In this document: positions 11,301 to 18,508 of the stretch, in pieces
Numbering within the stretch: position 1 is the stretch's first letter
How the letters are laid out: every line of letters begins with the position of its first letter
Assembly: GCA_945877815.1 (NCBI GenBank)
Contig: CAMDWJ010000016.1
Span: forward strand, 7,516-71,515
Length of the DNA stretch: 64,000 nt
Origin: Caenispirillum bisanense
GTDB lineage: Bacteria; Pseudomonadota; Alphaproteobacteria; Rhodospirillales; UBA2165
Direction: 5' to 3'
The notes under the pieces: generated by a model
The model's database searches: none
The model's input: only the letters and a program-made list of their open reading frames with translations
What the model was told of the DNA's origin: nothing
Made by a program: the position numbers and the translations under genes

Positions 11301-14300
11301 CAGATCGGGGTCCTGACGACCACAAGCTTCTCTGATTTGAGTGCGGCGACGATTGCGGCGTTGAGCACGACACAGCTGCGCGGAGCTACGCTAACGCAGA
11401 TCGCAGGTCTCGGCGCAGCGGATGCGGTCGAATTCACCTCGACGCAGCTCGGCGGCCTGACGACGACGCAATTGCGCGCCTTCTCGGCCGCGAACCTGTC
11501 GGAATTTGTGTCGACGCAGGTGGTGGGATTGACGAGCACGCAGATCGGCGCGCTGACGACGACCCAGGTGGCCGGCCTAGCGGGCGCCGATCTTGACGAC
11601 TTGAGCGCGACGCAGTTGGGCGGGTTGGCGACCACTCAGATACGCGCGCTTTCCACGACGAGCTTCTCCGATATCGGCGCCACCTCGGTAGCGGCGCTCA
11701 ATACGACTCAGATCGGCGGCGTGACGGTGACGCAGATCGCGGGTCTGAACGTGGCGGATGCGCTTGAATTCACCTCGACGCAGATCGGTGTGCTGACAAC
11801 GACGCAATTGCGCACCCTGTCGACGACGAACCTGTCGGAACTCTTCTCGACGCAGGTGATCGGCCTCACGGAAACCCAGATCGGGGCCATGACAACTTCG
11901 CAGGTGGCATCGCTATCGACGACGAACCTGTCGGCGTTGAACGCGATACAGGTGGGCGGGCTGAGCACGACGCAGATTCGCGTCCTGACGACGACCCAAC
12001 TCGATTCTCTGTCGACCACGGATCTTGCAGATCTGACGACGACGCAATTGGTCGCCTTGACTGCAACGCAACTGGCCGCGCTTTCTACCAGCAACATTTC
12101 TTACTTCGATGCGGCCACGGTCGCCATACTGAGCACGACGCAGCTGCGGGGGCTCACGACCACGCAGATCGACGGTTTGAGCGCGACGGACGCACTCGAA
12201 TTCACCTCGACGCAAGTAAGTGCCTTGACGACCACGCAGTTGACGGCCTTGTCAACGACGAATGTATCGGTATTGACCGCGGAGCAGGTTGCCGGACTGA
12301 CGGTGACGCAGATTGCATCCCTAACCACCACGCAAGTCTCCGAATTGTCCGCCACGGACGCTGGCGAATTCTCCACGACGCAGATCGGCGCGCTGTCCAC
12401 GACCCAGATCGAATCGATCTCGACGACGACCATCGCCAATATCACGGAGGCAACGGTCGCCGGACTGACATCGACACAGATTTTTGCGCTGAACACGTCG
12501 CAGATCGATCGTCTGACCTCGGAAACCGTTGCGTCGCTCAGCACCACGCAGATCAGGGGGCTAAGCACGACACAACTGGATGTGCTGTCGACGACGAATT
12601 TGTCGGCGTTCGCTGAAACCCAGATCGGCGCGCTGAGCGCGACGCAGGTCGCGGGGCTGACGACGACACATGTGGATTCGTTGACGCCGGCGAATTTGGC
12701 CGCGCTTACCGCGACGCAGGTCGGGGCGCTGAGTACCACTCAAATCGGCGCCTTGACGACGATGCAGCTGGATTCGGTGGCGACCGCGGACTTCGCCGAG
12801 TTCACGACAACCCAACTGGTTGCGCTGACCGAGACACAACTCGGCGCGCTGTCGGCTAACAATGTGTCGGCCATCGACGCGGGCACTTTCGCGGTGCTGA
12901 CCACGACTCAGCTCACCGGGGTCACGGCGGCACAAATCGGTGGATTGAGTACCACCGATGCGCTTGAATTCACGTCGACTCAGCTCGGCTCCCTGACGAC
13001 GACGCAGCTGCGTGCCTTCCCGGCTGCAAACCTGTCGGTCCTGGATGCGATACAGGTCGGCGGCCTGACAACGACGCAGATCGAGGCACTGACGATCACG
13101 CAGGTGGCCGAACTGTCCGCCACGGATGCAGATGAATTTACCACGACCCAGGTCGGCGCGCTGACCTCCACTCAAATCGCCGCGCTTTCGACCACGGCCA
13201 TCGCCAATATCACGGCCGCGGCCCTCGGTGGGATGACGACAACCCAGATATCCGCGCTAACGACCCCGCAGATCGCCAGTCTGACCGACGCTAGCGTTGC
13301 ATTGCTGACGACGACGCAGATCGAGGGGCTGAGCACGACGCAGCTGCGCACCTTCTCGACCACGAATCTGGCGGCGTTTGACGCGGCCCAATTCGGCTCG
13401 CTGAACACGACGCAAATCGGCGGATTGACCACAACCCAGATCGGGTCTGTGACGGCCGACGACTTTGTGGAATTCACGACGACGCAACTGGTTGCGCTGA
13501 CGGCGACCCAGCTCGGTTCCTTGTCGACGACAAATCTATCGTCCGTCAATGCAACCACGATCGCGGGGTTGAGCACGACGCAGTTGCGCGGGCTGACGGT
13601 TACGCAGATCGGCAGTCTGACCGACGCGGACGCGCTCGAATTCACCTCGACCCAGATCGGTGGTCTGACGACGACGCAGCTGCGGGCCTTCATGTCGACC
13701 AATCTGTCGACGTTCACTTCGACGCAGATTGACGGCCTGACGACGACGCAATTGAGGGCGCTCACGACGACCCAGGTTGCCGGCCTGACGGGGGCGGACA
13801 TTGGCGAGCTGAACGCGGCCCAGCTTGAGGCTCTGACGGGTACACAGATCGGGGTGTTGACGACGACGAGCGTCGCCGGTCTGAGCTCTACGACGGTTGC
13901 GGCCTTGAGCACGACCCAACTGCGCGGTCTCACGGTAACGCAGATCGACGGCTTGACCGCAGCGGATGCGCTCGAATTCATCTCGACGCAGATCGGCGGT
14001 CTTACGACGACGCAGCTGCGGGCCTTCTCGGCTGCCAATTTGTCGACGTTGAATTCGACGCAGATTGACGGCCTGACGACAACGCAATTACGATCGCTCA
14101 CAACGACCCAGGTCGCCGGCATGACGGGCGCGGACATCAACGAGCTGAACGCGAGCTTGCTCGAAGCGCTCACCGGCACCCAGATCGGGTATTTGACTCC
14201 GGCGAATTTTTCCGCAATCGGCACGACCGCGATCGGCGCTCTATCCACGACACAGCTGCGCGGCGTAACGACAACGCAGCTCGAGGTCTTGACGACTACG

Positions 14301-16610
14301 CAGATTGGGGGCCTGGCGGCGACCCAGTTCGGCGGATTGACCACGACACAGTTGGGCGCATTGACGACGACGAACCTGTCGGCGCTCGATGCGGATCAAA
14401 CCGGCGCACTGAATACGACGCAAATCGTCGGACTGACCATAACGCAGTTGGGGGCTCTGTCGACCACGGACGTCGCGGGGTTCACGACGACGCAAATTGG
14501 TGCGCTGACTGCGACGCAGCTGGGTTCGCTGTCGACTGGCGGCGTGTCAACCTTGGATGCGGCGGCGATTGCGGTGCTGAGCACGACGCAGATTGGCGGA
14601 TTGACCGTTACGCAAATCGGAGCCTTGAACACCACGGATGCGCTTGAATTCGGCTCGACGCAGATCGGGGCGCTGAGCACGACGCAACTGCGTGCCCTGA
14701 CGTCAACCAACCTGTCGGCGCTGGAGGCGGCGCAGTCGGCTGGACTGACAACCACGCAGATCGGTGCTTTGGCGACGACCCAGGTCGCAGGCCTTACCGG
14801 CGCCGACCTTGGCGAATTAACCTCGACACAGCTCGGCGCGTTGAGCAGTACGCAGATCGGCGTTCTGACGACCACCAACTTCGCATCTCTCGATGCGGCA
14901 ACCATTGCGGCACTGACCACGACGCAACTCGCCGGTGCGACGGTATCGCAGATCGCCGGCCTGACCTTGGCAGACGCGGCCGAATTCAGCTCGACGCAGA
15001 TCGGTGCCTTGAGCACGACGCAACTGCGCGCCTTTACGGCAACCAACCTGTCGGCCCTCGATGCGGCGCAGTCGGCGGGCCTGACGGTCGCGCAGATCGG
15101 CTCCTTGATGACGACGCAGGTCGCGGGTCTGAGCGGTGTCGATGTCGGCGATTTGACCACGACGCAGCTCGGTGGCTTGACCAGCGCGCAGATCGGTGCT
15201 CTGACGACGACGAACTTCGCCGGTCTCAGTGCCGCGACGATTACGGCGCTGAGTACGACGCAACTGCAGGGTATGACGATTACGCAGATCGCCGGCCTGA
15301 ATGCTGCGGACGCGCTTGAGTTCACCTCGACGCAGATTGGCGGACTGACGACGACGCAGTTGCGCGCCTTCTCGGCGACGAATCTGTCGGCCCTGGATGC
15401 GGTGCAGTCGGCGGGGCTGACGACCGCGCAGATCGCAACCTTGACCACGACCCAGGTTGCCGGCCTAGTGGGCGCCGATATCGACGAGTTGACCACGACG
15501 CAACTCGACGCCTTGACCAGCTCGCAGATCGGGGTTCTCAGCTCGACGAGCTTCTCCGAAATCAGCGCGGGAACCGTCGCGGCCCTGAGCACGACGCAGC
15601 TCCGCGGGCTCACGGTGACGCAGATCGAGGGCTTGAACGCGGCGGACGCGATCGAATTCACTTCGACGCAAATCGGCGCGCTGACGACAACGCAACTGCG
15701 TGCCTTCTCGGCGACCAATGTGTCGGCGCTGGATGCTGGTCAGGTCGGCGGGCTGACGACCACGCAGCTCAGGGCCTTGACGACAACGCAGATCGCAGGA
15801 CTATCCGCCGCTGATACGGACGAATTCTCGACGACGCAGGTCGGCGCGCTGACCACTACTCAGATCGCGGCTCTCTCGACGACGACCATCGCCAATATTT
15901 CGGAAGCAGCCCTCGATGGCCTGACGATAACCCAGCTTGGCGCGCTGACGACCACGCAAATTAATGTCCTGACGGCGCCGATCGTCTCGACTTTCGACAC
16001 GACGCAGGTCGGCGCATTGAGCACCGGCCAGATCGCGGTGCTGAGCACGACCCAGGTGGATGCGCTGTCGGCCGCTAGCCTTTCGGCCCTCGATGCTGCG
16101 CAGTTCGCGACGCTGAACACGACGCAGATCCGCGGATTGAACGTTACGCAGATCGACGGTCTGAGCGTGACGGATACGGCCGAGTTCAGCTCGACGCAGA
16201 TCGGTGCGCTAAGCACAACGCAACTGCGGGCCTTGTCGGCGGCGTACCTGTCGTCACTGACCGCGGAACAGGCGGTCGGTCTGACGACGACGCAGATCAG
16301 TACCTTGACCGAGACGCAGATCGCTGAATTGACCGCCGTCGACGCCGACGAATTCTCGACGACGCAAATCGGCGCGCTGACCACCACGCAGATCGCGGCG
16401 CTCTCTACCACGACCATCGCCAATATTTCGAACCCTGCGCTCGACGGACTGACGACAACTCAGATCTTCGCGCTGACGATCACGCAGATCGATTATCTGA
16501 CCCCGGCCAGTATCGTCTCGTTGACCACGACGCAGATCGCTGGCTTCAGCACGACCCAGATCGACAGCTTCACGCAGGAACAATTGGACGCCTACAACAG
16601 CGTCGTTTGA
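2352..16610 (+). CDS. giant Thr-rich octapeptide-repeat protein (4752 aa), putative surface or extracellular protein of unknown function
   Basis: Single open frame of 14.26 kb; repeats such as LTTTQIGA/LSTTQLRA/LSTTDALE throughout; no signal peptide, RTX nonamer or autotransporter barrel visible. Confidence 0.9.
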   Translation: MAISSLTVTQISALSATVIESLTTTEIATLSATQVGAINTSGIAVIDATQLAALSTTQVRALSTAQVSGFQGSLAFSAAQLAVLSDQQFGALTTSQLDSFDTSHIAAVSTTQLAALSTTKFDSLDAVQIDALSTTQIGGVTVTQIAGLSTTDALEFNATQIGALSTTQLRAVSATNLSALDETQAVGLTATQVGALTTTQVVGLSGTDLGELGTTQLGALSTTQLRALTTTSFSGLGETAIAALTTTQLRGLTATHFVGLKTTDAVEFTSTQIGALTTTQLGSLTTTNLNALTTTQIDALTTAQLVSLSTTNLSAFDATQVAKLSTTQIGVLSTTQLRALSTTDFVELTTTQLGALTATQLSSLSTTNFASIDATTIGALTTTQLRGVTTTQLGSLSTTDALEFTSTQVGALSTTQLRALTAASLSALDETQSVGLTTTQIGALTTTQISGLTGTDLGELNTTQLGALSSTQVGLLTSTNFSGLSETTVGALTTTQLRGVTVTQLGGLNTTDAVEFTSTQVGALTTTQLGALTTTNLNALTTTQIGGLSTTQLVSLTTTRLSAFDATQVAELSTTQIRGLTTTQMRSLSTTDFAEITTTQLGALSAAQLGVLSTTNLSSIDATTIATLSTTQFGGVTTTQIASLSTTDALEFTSTQLGSLSTTQLRALAATNLSALDETQVVGLTTTQVDSLTTTQAAGLTGTDLGELNTTQLGALSTTQLRALTTTNFSGLSVTTIVALTTTQLRGVTVTQLGALSTTDALEFTATQIGALTTTQVGALTSTNLSALTTTKLVGVTTTQIASLTTTQVSGLTGTDLGNLTTTQLGALSTTQLRVLTMTNFSSISETTIAALTTTQLRGVTVIQLGGLSTTDAIEFTSTQVSALTTTQLAALTTTNLNALTTTQIDGLTTTQISSLTTARLSAFDATQIGQLRTTQIGGLTTTQLSSLSTTDFAEITTTQLGALTSTQLGVLSTTNLSSIDATTIARLSTTQLRGLTVTQLASLSTTDALEFTSTQLGALTTTQLRAFSAANLSVLDETQSVGLTTTQIGAFTTTQVVGLTGTDLGELNTTQLGALSSTQIGLLTTTNFSGLSETTVGTLTTTQLRGVTVTQLGSLNTTDAVEFTSTQIGALTTTHLAALTTTNLNALTTTQIGGLSTTQLRSLSATNLSAFGATQIGQLSTTQIGGLTTTQLGPLSSTDFLEFTTTQLVALTSTQLGVLSGTNLSSIDATTIAALSTTQLRGLTVTQFGGLNTTDALEFTSTQIGSLSTTQLRAVTAASLSALDVTQAVGLTTTQVGALTTTQVNGLTGTDLGELNTTQLVALRSTQIGVLTSTSFSGLTETAVGALTTTQLRGVTVTQLGGLTTTDVVEFTSTQVGALMTQQLAALTTTNLNALTTTQIGGLTTTQLVSLSTTNLSAFDATQIGQLSTTQIGALTTTQFGSLSTTDFVEFTTTQLGVLTATQISSLSTTNLSSVAGTTIAALSTTQLRGITTTQIGGLTTTDALEFTSTQIDALTATQLRAFSGTNLSALDATQVVGLTTTQIAIVTTTQISGLKGTDLGELDTTQLGAMSTTQLRALTTTSFSELSATTIAALTTTQVRGVTATQLSALTTTDAVEFTSTQIEALTVTQLGSLTTTNLNALTITQLDGLTTTQLGSLTATNLSAFGATQVSELSTTQVGGLTTTQLGALNRIDFGEFTTTQLGALTATQLGALSATNLSSIDATAVAILSTTQIGGVTVTQIAGLTTTDALEFSVTQIGALSTTQLRAVSVTNLSAFDATQIGALSTSQIVTLTTTQLASLSTTDFAEFTTTQVIGLTATQLGALSTSNLSAIDAATFVELNTTQLRGVTVTQLGALTTTDALEFSWTQLGALSTTQLRALTATNVSTLDETQIDGLTTTQVGALTITQVAGLTGVDVAEFDTTQLGALNSTQIGALTTTNFSDLGETSITALNTTQLRGITVTQIQGLTTTDAIEFTSTQIAALTTTQLRALTTTNFSELVSTQAVALTTTQIGALTITQVSALSTTNLSAIDATQIGGLTTSQVRALTTTQLASLSTTDFADFATTQLVALTSTQIGALSTSNFSFIDATTVAALSTTQLRGLTTTQIDSLNTTDTLEFTSAQIGSLTTTQLTSLSATNLSVLDATQVAGLTVTQVRALTTTQVVELTATDVADLSATQVGALTTTQIDALSTTTIANIAETTVDGLSATQIGGLNTTQLGALTTTRLSTFDETQIGGLTTTQIEGLSTTHLTSLSTTNFLAFNVTQIAGLSTTQIGGINLTQIGSLATTDALEFTSTQVGALSTTQLRAVSATNMSVLTATQASGLTETQIAALTTTQIGELTATDIGELSTTQISALTTTQIEAVATATIANITITSLSGLTETHITALTTTQIDSLTTTNVVALTTTQITGLSTTQVVVLTTSQLSALSATQAAELNTTQISGLTTTQLGTLSSDDFAEFTTTQVDVLTATQLGSLSATNLSAIGAATVAEFSTTQIGGLTVTQIGALSTTDAVEFTSTQVGSLTTTQLRALTAANLSALASTQIDGLTTTQVSVLTVTQLGGLTTTDALEFTAAQIGALTTTQLRSLSAENVSALNETQAVGLTETQVGAVTVTQVAGLTGTDLGELNTTQLGALTSTQLRALTTTSFSELSATTVTALNTTQLGGVTVTQIGALNTTDAIEFTSTQIGALSTTQLRSLSATNLSALDAAQSVGLTITQIGALTVTQAAGLTGTDLGDLNTTQLGGLTSTQIGVLTSTNFAGLGAATIGALTTTQLHGATTTQIDVLNVTQIGALTTTQLGGVSTTQLRALSTTNLSALDPGQFSSLSTTQIVGLTTTQLGSLSNSDFVELTTTQLRTLTATQLGSLSTTNISSIDAATIATLSTTQLAGFTVTQLGSLDAVDAAEFTSTQIGALSTTQLRALSSTGLSALSAVQSAGLTSTQIGALTTTQVAGLAGADLEELNTTQLGGLTSTQIGVLTTTSFSDLSAATIAALSTTQLRGATLTQIAGLGAADAVEFTSTQLGGLTTTQLRAFSAANLSEFVSTQVVGLTSTQIGALTTTQVAGLAGADLDDLSATQLGGLATTQIRALSTTSFSDIGATSVAALNTTQIGGVTVTQIAGLNVADALEFTSTQIGVLTTTQLRTLSTTNLSELFSTQVIGLTETQIGAMTTSQVASLSTTNLSALNAIQVGGLSTTQIRVLTTTQLDSLSTTDLADLTTTQLVALTATQLAALSTSNISYFDAATVAILSTTQLRGLTTTQIDGLSATDALEFTSTQVSALTTTQLTALSTTNVSVLTAEQVAGLTVTQIASLTTTQVSELSATDAGEFSTTQIGALSTTQIESISTTTIANITEATVAGLTSTQIFALNTSQIDRLTSETVASLSTTQIRGLSTTQLDVLSTTNLSAFAETQIGALSATQVAGLTTTHVDSLTPANLAALTATQVGALSTTQIGALTTMQLDSVATADFAEFTTTQLVALTETQLGALSANNVSAIDAGTFAVLTTTQLTGVTAAQIGGLSTTDALEFTSTQLGSLTTTQLRAFPAANLSVLDAIQVGGLTTTQIEALTITQVAELSATDADEFTTTQVGALTSTQIAALSTTAIANITAAALGGMTTTQISALTTPQIASLTDASVALLTTTQIEGLSTTQLRTFSTTNLAAFDAAQFGSLNTTQIGGLTTTQIGSVTADDFVEFTTTQLVALTATQLGSLSTTNLSSVNATTIAGLSTTQLRGLTVTQIGSLTDADALEFTSTQIGGLTTTQLRAFMSTNLSTFTSTQIDGLTTTQLRALTTTQVAGLTGADIGELNAAQLEALTGTQIGVLTTTSVAGLSSTTVAALSTTQLRGLTVTQIDGLTAADALEFISTQIGGLTTTQLRAFSAANLSTLNSTQIDGLTTTQLRSLTTTQVAGMTGADINELNASLLEALTGTQIGYLTPANFSAIGTTAIGALSTTQLRGVTTTQLEVLTTTQIGGLAATQFGGLTTTQLGALTTTNLSALDADQTGALNTTQIVGLTITQLGALSTTDVAGFTTTQIGALTATQLGSLSTGGVSTLDAAAIAVLSTTQIGGLTVTQIGALNTTDALEFGSTQIGALSTTQLRALTSTNLSALEAAQSAGLTTTQIGALATTQVAGLTGADLGELTSTQLGALSSTQIGVLTTTNFASLDAATIAALTTTQLAGATVSQIAGLTLADAAEFSSTQIGALSTTQLRAFTATNLSALDAAQSAGLTVAQIGSLMTTQVAGLSGVDVGDLTTTQLGGLTSAQIGALTTTNFAGLSAATITALSTTQLQGMTITQIAGLNAADALEFTSTQIGGLTTTQLRAFSATNLSALDAVQSAGLTTAQIATLTTTQVAGLVGADIDELTTTQLDALTSSQIGVLSSTSFSEISAGTVAALSTTQLRGLTVTQIEGLNAADAIEFTSTQIGALTTTQLRAFSATNVSALDAGQVGGLTTTQLRALTTTQIAGLSAADTDEFSTTQVGALTTTQIAALSTTTIANISEAALDGLTITQLGALTTTQINVLTAPIVSTFDTTQVGALSTGQIAVLSTTQVDALSAASLSALDAAQFATLNTTQIRGLNVTQIDGLSVTDTAEFSSTQIGALSTTQLRALSAAYLSSLTAEQAVGLTTTQISTLTETQIAELTAVDADEFSTTQIGALTTTQIAALSTTTIANISNPALDGLTTTQIFALTITQIDYLTPASIVSLTTTQIAGFSTTQIDSFTQEQLDAYNSVV
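2367..16592 (+). repeat. degenerate 24-bp (8-aa) coding tandem repeat with 168-bp and 744-bp higher-order periods
   Basis: Landmark octamers at 2793, 3537, 4281, 5361, 6105, 6849, 7593, 7929, 12177, 13617, 15297 and the tail at 16593 are all multiples of 24 bp from 2793. Confidence 0.95.
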
Positions 16611-16626
16611 TAAGGTGGTGTGCGGC

Positions 16627-17193
16627 CTAGGGCCGGTCCTCGTCGGTGCCGTAGCGGATCTGCAGAACCTCGATGGATTCCCTGCCGGTCGGGGTGCGTA
16701 TTTCGACTGTGTCTCCCTCGCGCGCCTTCATGAGTGCCCGGGCAATCGGGGATATCCAGCTGACGAGATTTTTCTCGATATCCGCTTCGTCAACGCCGAC
16801 GATGGTGACCGTTCTGGGCTCTCCCGTGGCGCCGGCATAGGTGACGGTCGCGCCGAAAAAAATCTGCTTCAGATGCCGCTGCTTGTTGGAATCCACGACT
16901 TCGGCGGATTCGAGCTTTTTCGTGAGATGGCGTAGCCGGCGATCGATTTCGCCCAACCGTTTTTTGCCATAGATGTAGTCGCCGTTTTCCGAGCGGTCGC
17001 CGTTGCCGGCGGCCCAGGAGACGATTTCAACGACCTTTGGTCGTTGGACGTAAAGCAGATCGTGGATTTCCGTCTTTAGGCGGTCGAATCCCGGGCGCGT
17101 GATGTAGTTCTTGGCGCCTGCTGGAAGCGCGTTTTGCGGCTCCAACTCCTCGTCATCGTCTTCGTCGGTTTCTTTTGTAAAAGCTTTGCTCAT
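16627..17193 (-). CDS. greB: transcription elongation factor GreB
   Basis: NYITRPG..RLKTE, WAAGNGDRSENGDYIYGKKRLGEIDRR, IVGVDEAD..SWISPIARAL. Start moved to MSKAFTKE (17193), which overlaps the upstream stop as ATGA. Confidence 0.92.
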   Translation of the reverse strand: MSKAFTKETDEDDDEELEPQNALPAGAKNYITRPGFDRLKTEIHDLLYVQRPKVVEIVSWAAGNGDRSENGDYIYGKKRLGEIDRRLRHLTKKLESAEVVDSNKQRHLKQIFFGATVTYAGATGEPRTVTIVGVDEADIEKNLVSWISPIARALMKAREGDTVEIRTPTGRESIEVLQIRYGTDEDRP

Positions 17194-18425
17194 GGCCCAC
17201 TGGATATAGTCTTCGCATGGCCGCGCAGCCAGTCCAGCACGCCGTGTCCTGCGGCGGAGCCGCTCGCCATGCAACCTTGCATGAGATAGCCCCCCGTGGG
17301 CGCCTCCCAGTCCAGCATTTCGCCGGCCGCGAAAACGCCGGGCCTGCGCCACAGCATCAGCCGTCCATCAACCTCGTCGAGCGCGATGCCGCCGGCGGTC
17401 GAAATCGCGCGCGCCAATCCGAATGGCGCCGTCAGACGCAGCGGTACGGCCTTGATCAGTTCGGCCAGCGGCGTGGCGTCGCCGGCATGCAGGGCCTCCT
17501 GCACCAGGCCGATGGCCGCCGGCGATAGCCGCGCCTGTTTGCGCAGATGCGTGGACAGCGATGCGCCGCCGCGCGCCCGATCGAGCCGTTCTGCCAGTGC
17601 AGCGGTCGTCAGGTCCGGACGCAGGTCGATGTGCAGCAGGGCCGATCCTTTCTGCGCAATTGCCTCGCGCACGGGGGCTGACATCGCGTAAATGGCGCCG
17701 CCCTCGATGCCATCGGCAGCGATTACGGCCTCGCCGCGCACCATCCGGCCAGCAAAGATGACGGCAATGCGCTTCAGCGGCACACCGGCATGGCGGACGC
17801 GGAACTTTGCCGACCATGCGACCGCAAAGCCGCAATTTGCCGGCCGCAAGGGTGCCAGTTCGATATCGGGCATCAACGCGGTCCAGCCGCCATCGGCGCC
17901 GAGCCGCGGCCAGGACGCACCGCCCAAGGCGAGGACGACTGCATCGGCTCGGTGCGTGCTGCCGTCGGCAAAATTTAAAGCCCCGTCCGCATTCCAGCCG
18001 GTCCAATGTGCCCGTGTCACCAAGCGAACGCCCAACGTATCGAGCCGGTGAAGCCAAGCGCGAAGGAGCGGGCTTGACTTCATCGCGCGTGGAAAGACGC
18101 GTCCGCTCGTGCCGACGAAGGTCTTCTGGCCGAGCGATTCGCACCACGCGATCAGTGCGACCGGTGAAAATGCCGCCAGCAGCGGGCCCATCCACGCTGC
18201 CGCATCTTCGTAGCGCGCGACGAATTGGTCGATCGGTTCGGAATGGGTGATGTTCAAGCCGCCGCGTCCGGCCATCAAAAGCTTGCGTCCCGCGCTCGGC
18301 ATCCGTTCGAACACGGTCACGGTCACGGCCACGCCGACGCGCGCGATGACCTCGGCGGCCATTAGCCCGGCTGGGCCGCTTCCGATGATGGCGACGCGGT
18401 ATTTCCCGTGGTCGGGGGTGTCCAT
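17190..18425 (-). CDS. NAD(P)/FAD-dependent oxidoreductase, HI0933/BaiN-like flavoprotein
   Basis: IIGSGPAGLMAA, GRKLLMAGRGGLNITH, GRVFP, AISTAGGI, GEMLDWEAPTGGYLMQ. Confidence 0.88.
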   Translation of the reverse strand: MDTPDHGKYRVAIIGSGPAGLMAAEVIARVGVAVTVTVFERMPSAGRKLLMAGRGGLNITHSEPIDQFVARYEDAAAWMGPLLAAFSPVALIAWCESLGQKTFVGTSGRVFPRAMKSSPLLRAWLHRLDTLGVRLVTRAHWTGWNADGALNFADGSTHRADAVVLALGGASWPRLGADGGWTALMPDIELAPLRPANCGFAVAWSAKFRVRHAGVPLKRIAVIFAGRMVRGEAVIAADGIEGGAIYAMSAPVREAIAQKGSALLHIDLRPDLTTAALAERLDRARGGASLSTHLRKQARLSPAAIGLVQEALHAGDATPLAELIKAVPLRLTAPFGLARAISTAGGIALDEVDGRLMLWRRPGVFAAGEMLDWEAPTGGYLMQGCMASGSAAGHGVLDWLRGHAKTISSGP

Positions 18426-18508
18426 CGTCCCTTATGCACCGGCAATGGGGCGAATTGCCAGCGGCGCATGAACCGACCGCGCCCGGCGTCAGTCTCTCGC
18501 CGCGATCG

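Noticed and set aside
2818-16583. Dozens of long antisense and off-frame ORFs (Val/Cys-rich or Arg-rich) inside the giant gene
   Set aside because: They are shadows of the ACG/CAG/CTG-rich repeat, which rarely produces stops in other frames; none has an RBS or independent features.
2367-16592. CRISPR array or non-coding VNTR
   Set aside because: The repeats are contiguous, codon-phased and wobble-variable, with no unique spacers and no cas genes.
2352-16610. Calling the giant protein an ice-nucleation protein
   Set aside because: The 8-aa period is shared, but there are no AGYGST/TxT-SLT 16-mers or InaZ-type termini; the analogy is architectural only.
17194-17352. N-terminal extension of GreB in the ORF track (241 aa)
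   Set aside because: It overlaps the upstream flavoprotein; MSKAF at 17193 with an ATGA overlap is the more plausible start.
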